Assembly (NCBI RefSeq): GCF_001194135.2
Contig: NC_068992.1
Span: 10,459,514 to 10,515,163, forward strand
Source: Octopus bimaculoides
Lineage: Eukaryota
DNA: 55,650 nt
Direction: 5' to 3'
Made by a program: the position numbers and the translations under genes. The notes under the pieces were generated by a model. The model saw only the letters and a list, made by a program, of their open reading frames with translations. It did not search any database and was not told where the DNA came from. Positions 52,854 through 55,650 of the stretch are shown in pieces; position 1 is the first letter of the stretch, and each line of letters opens with the position of its first letter.

Positions 52854-53264
52854 CTTTTGGTGCAAAACACATTTTTGCTTTTATTTGCTATTGAGGAAAT
52901 AAATCAATGAGATCATGAGATCACATAATTTCAGCCTTCTCTGGTCTTGTCAGTGATGGATGCCCAGACACTTGAGTTAGCAGCGATGTATCTCTGCCAG
53001 TTATATACAGAATAGCAGTGTCAAAACAGGTGCTGGTGTCAGGAATAACCAGTGGGCTTGTAAAAAAATAATCCTTAATGACAGAAAGGTACTGTACTGG
53101 TTTTTGGTGCAAAACACATTCCTATTTATATCACTTGCAGGCAGATAAATCCTTGTCACTACCAGTACTAGGAGCAGCAAATGATGTGATTTCAACCTTT
53201 CCTGGCCCTGTCAATAATGGATGCTCAGATGCTGGTGTCATGAATAACCAGTGGGCTTGTTAAA
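52854..53264. repeat. Diverged tandem duplication (about 250-bp unit; second copy internally deleted)
   Basis: TTTTGGTGCAAAACACATT at 52855 and 53102; GCTGGTGTCA.GAATAACCAGTGGGCTTGT at 53032 and 53231. Confidence 0.85.
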
Positions 53265-54441
53265 AGATACATTTCTTTTATTAGCCACACAGGGCTCAAC
53301 GAAGATGGGACAAATACAATGTAGAGCTTTTCTTTTTGGGAGGGGGAAGGAAGGAAAAAAAAAAAAAAAAAAAAAAAAATTGGTGGTGTCGATCAAAAGG
53401 GATCGTAGGAAGGGAAAAAGGGGCAGTTCGATCAAAAGGGATCGAAAAAAAAAGAAAAGGAAAGGCCGATCAATAGGGATCGTGTATCACACAGTAATGT
53501 TCTCGTGTAAAAAGATAGTTATTATGGACAGAAGCAGCATCACTACCTATATCTCATTTAGAGATTTTAGAACTATTAGTACAAATTAGTACAAATAAAA
53601 CAGTTTTTGAAAACTGTTTGTATAGTAATTCTTAAGAATTAGCAACAACAAAAAAAAAATATTAAAAATTTCCTCAGAAAGATACTAGGCCTGAAATTTA
53701 TTGAAAAGGGGTTAGTTGACTTTTTTTTTTTTTTTTTTCAGATCAAGAGGAATGAGTCAAAGTTGGCTTTGACGTGATTTGAACTCAGCATGTAAAAGGC
53801 TAAAACAAATACTGCAAGACTTATTCTTTTATGTTCTAATGACTCCACCAGTTAGACACCTTAAAAGAAAAACAAAAAACAAACAAAAAAATATTAACTA
53901 TATTAATTAATCTAGTTGTTTCTTGTTTAGGCTCAAGTAATGAATGTCACAACATCTTATGTCTTCTTTCATTTAAATATTTGAGATTTTATTCATACAT
54001 AAAAAAATATTTAGCTTGTACAAAAAAAGATATCACTGGGAAAAAGAAAAGAAAACATGTGAATTAATGATAATTTATAAGGCAAAGGTCAAATTTTTTT
54101 AAAGTAATATATTTTACTCTTTTACCGATTCCAGCTTCTGGGCTGTAGTTACATTGTAAGCAGAGATGAGATAAATTATAATGACATGCCTACAAATATT
54201 AAAAGAAAGTGTAAAAAAAATGTCATCTAAGATAGTTTTGAACTTTGCTGTCAGATGTGTTAGAATGTCAATGACTACATTGCTGGCATTTTAGTACCAA
54301 TTTAAAATAGAAGATTCTGGAGAAAAATTTAAAAAAGGAAGAATAAAATTGCTAGAGTAGAGGTCAAGTTGTTAAAAAAATGAATATGCATAATTTTTTT
54401 TCTTTTTTAATTTTCTTATCTGATCATATTTTTCCTAATAC

Positions 54442-54513
<72 letters not shown>

Positions 54514-54974
54514 TTAAATTACCAAAGTTTGACACTTAGATTTGCACAGTTATTTTTTATCGTTTTTCTTTTTTAATTTTAATCTTGGAATTAAATGTAA
54601 TTTTTTTTTTTATATAGGAACTAGTTTAATGTTTTATAAGGAAAAAAAAAGGTCTTGCCATCATCCTCACTATTACCCTTGTCATCATCACTATCATCAT
54701 CATCATCATCATCACCACCACCACCGTCACCACTGCTGCCACTGCTGCTGCTACTGCTGCCAATTCTGTCATCATGATCATTACCACCACCACCACCACC
54801 ACATCTTTGTTGTTTTTGCCCTCCTCCTCCTCCTCCTCCTCATCATCATCATAATAATAATAAAATATCTGTTATTTTTGTTAAATTCATGCTAACTTGG
54901 ATTTGATGTATCTGCTATGCAATTTATTGTCTTGTTACTGTTGTTGTTGTTGTTTTAACTCCGGGGGTTTTTGT

Positions 54975-55170
54975 TAGAATCATTAACGCATGGGACAAAA
55001 ATATCTAGCAATATTTCTGCTGGCCTTGCACCCTGGGTTAAAATCCTGCTGAACACAACTTAGCTTTTCATCTTTTTGAGGTCAAATAAAATAGGCAACA
55101 CTAGGATCATCGTACTTGACCAAGCCCCTCTCTCAAAATTTCAGGCCTTGTGCCTGTAGTAGAAAGATCT
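54975..55170 (+). mobile_element. SINE-C copy with (ATC)/(ATT) tail
   Basis: TAGAATCATTAACGCATGGGACAAAA...CAAAATTTCAGGCCTTGTGCCTGTAGTAGAAAG. Confidence 0.7.
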
Positions 55171-55194
55171 ATTATCATCATCATCATCATCATC

Positions 55195-55650
55195 ATGATT
55201 ACTATTGTTATTATTATTATTGTTGTTGTTATTATTATTGTTATTATTATGTTATTATTTTATGTTTGACTTTTGTTTTGCATTTGTACAAGTTGGATCC
55301 AAGTCTCACCCAGAGACCTCAAGAGACAACAAGTTAGAAGTTCATGTAGGTGTTATGCCTAGGGTACCATATATTTGGATTTGTACAGTTTTGTTCAAGT
55401 GAATGTTTAAGAAACCATAAGAAAATTATGTTTGCTTTAAAATTTGAGATCACATAGACAGTATTTTACGTAGGATATGGGCAGTTCCCATGAGCACTAT
55501 CTTTTGGACTTCAGCCATTTTGGGGTTTCCTGGTATCTGAGCTAGGTAGTAATCAGCCCGTTTCGCTGTCATTCCCAGGGCACCTATGACAATAGGTATT
55601 GTTTTCGTCTTCAGATTCCACATTTTGCTAATTTCTATTTCAAGATCTTT
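55195..55650 (-). mobile_element. R4/Dong LINE 3' end with an intact C-terminal reading frame, 3' UTR and (TAA)n tail; runs off the window end
   Basis: 55650-55450 reads KDLEIEISKMWNLKTKTIPIVIGALGMTAKRADYYLAQIPGNPKMAEVQKIVLMGTAHILRKILSM* with no interruption. The YxxL...W...PIVIGALG...QKxxLxGTAHILR pattern is the end of the R4/Dong restriction-like endonuclease domain. Confidence 0.92.

Noticed and set aside
53251-53589. Lys/Arg-rich 112-aa ORF
   Set aside because: It is driven by A-runs and the repeated palindrome; there are no domain features.
55205-55402. Secreted-peptide-like ORF with poly-Leu N-terminus
   Set aside because: It is the antisense reading of the R4/Dong (TAA)n tail and 3' UTR.

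Overview
AT-rich eukaryotic DNA, mostly intronic or intergenic and dense with repeats. It contains (TA)n/(CA)n/(GATA)n/(TAA)n/(ATC)n microsatellites, four recurring SINE families, RTE and R4/Dong LINE fragments, a mariner relic, and 11 N-gaps. The repeat repertoire looks like an octopod cephalopod genome (inference from recalled families, no search run). The only protein-coding segment I can identify is the terminal exon of DPH5 (diphthine methyl ester synthase; + strand 34669-34895, AATAAA at 34966). No other DPH5 exon is visible in the 34.6 kb upstream. Almost all listed ORFs are microsatellite or gap artefacts, or retrotransposon pieces. Leads: (i) the exon encodes LTKVG where DPH5 orthologs have LARVG, and both differences revert by single A>G changes, which makes it a candidate for restorative A-to-I recoding; (ii) a strong polypyrimidine-CAG|GTATGG site at 48712/48713 (recursive splice site or terminal exon of an unidentified gene); (iii) a 297-nt exon-like segment at 36363-36659 with splice signals on both strands; (iv) several near-perfect hairpins; (v) a heavily diverged tandem array with an exact 118-bp period. 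No CRISPR, rRNA or true tRNA genes were seen. Repeat boundaries are approximate unless a TSD is given.
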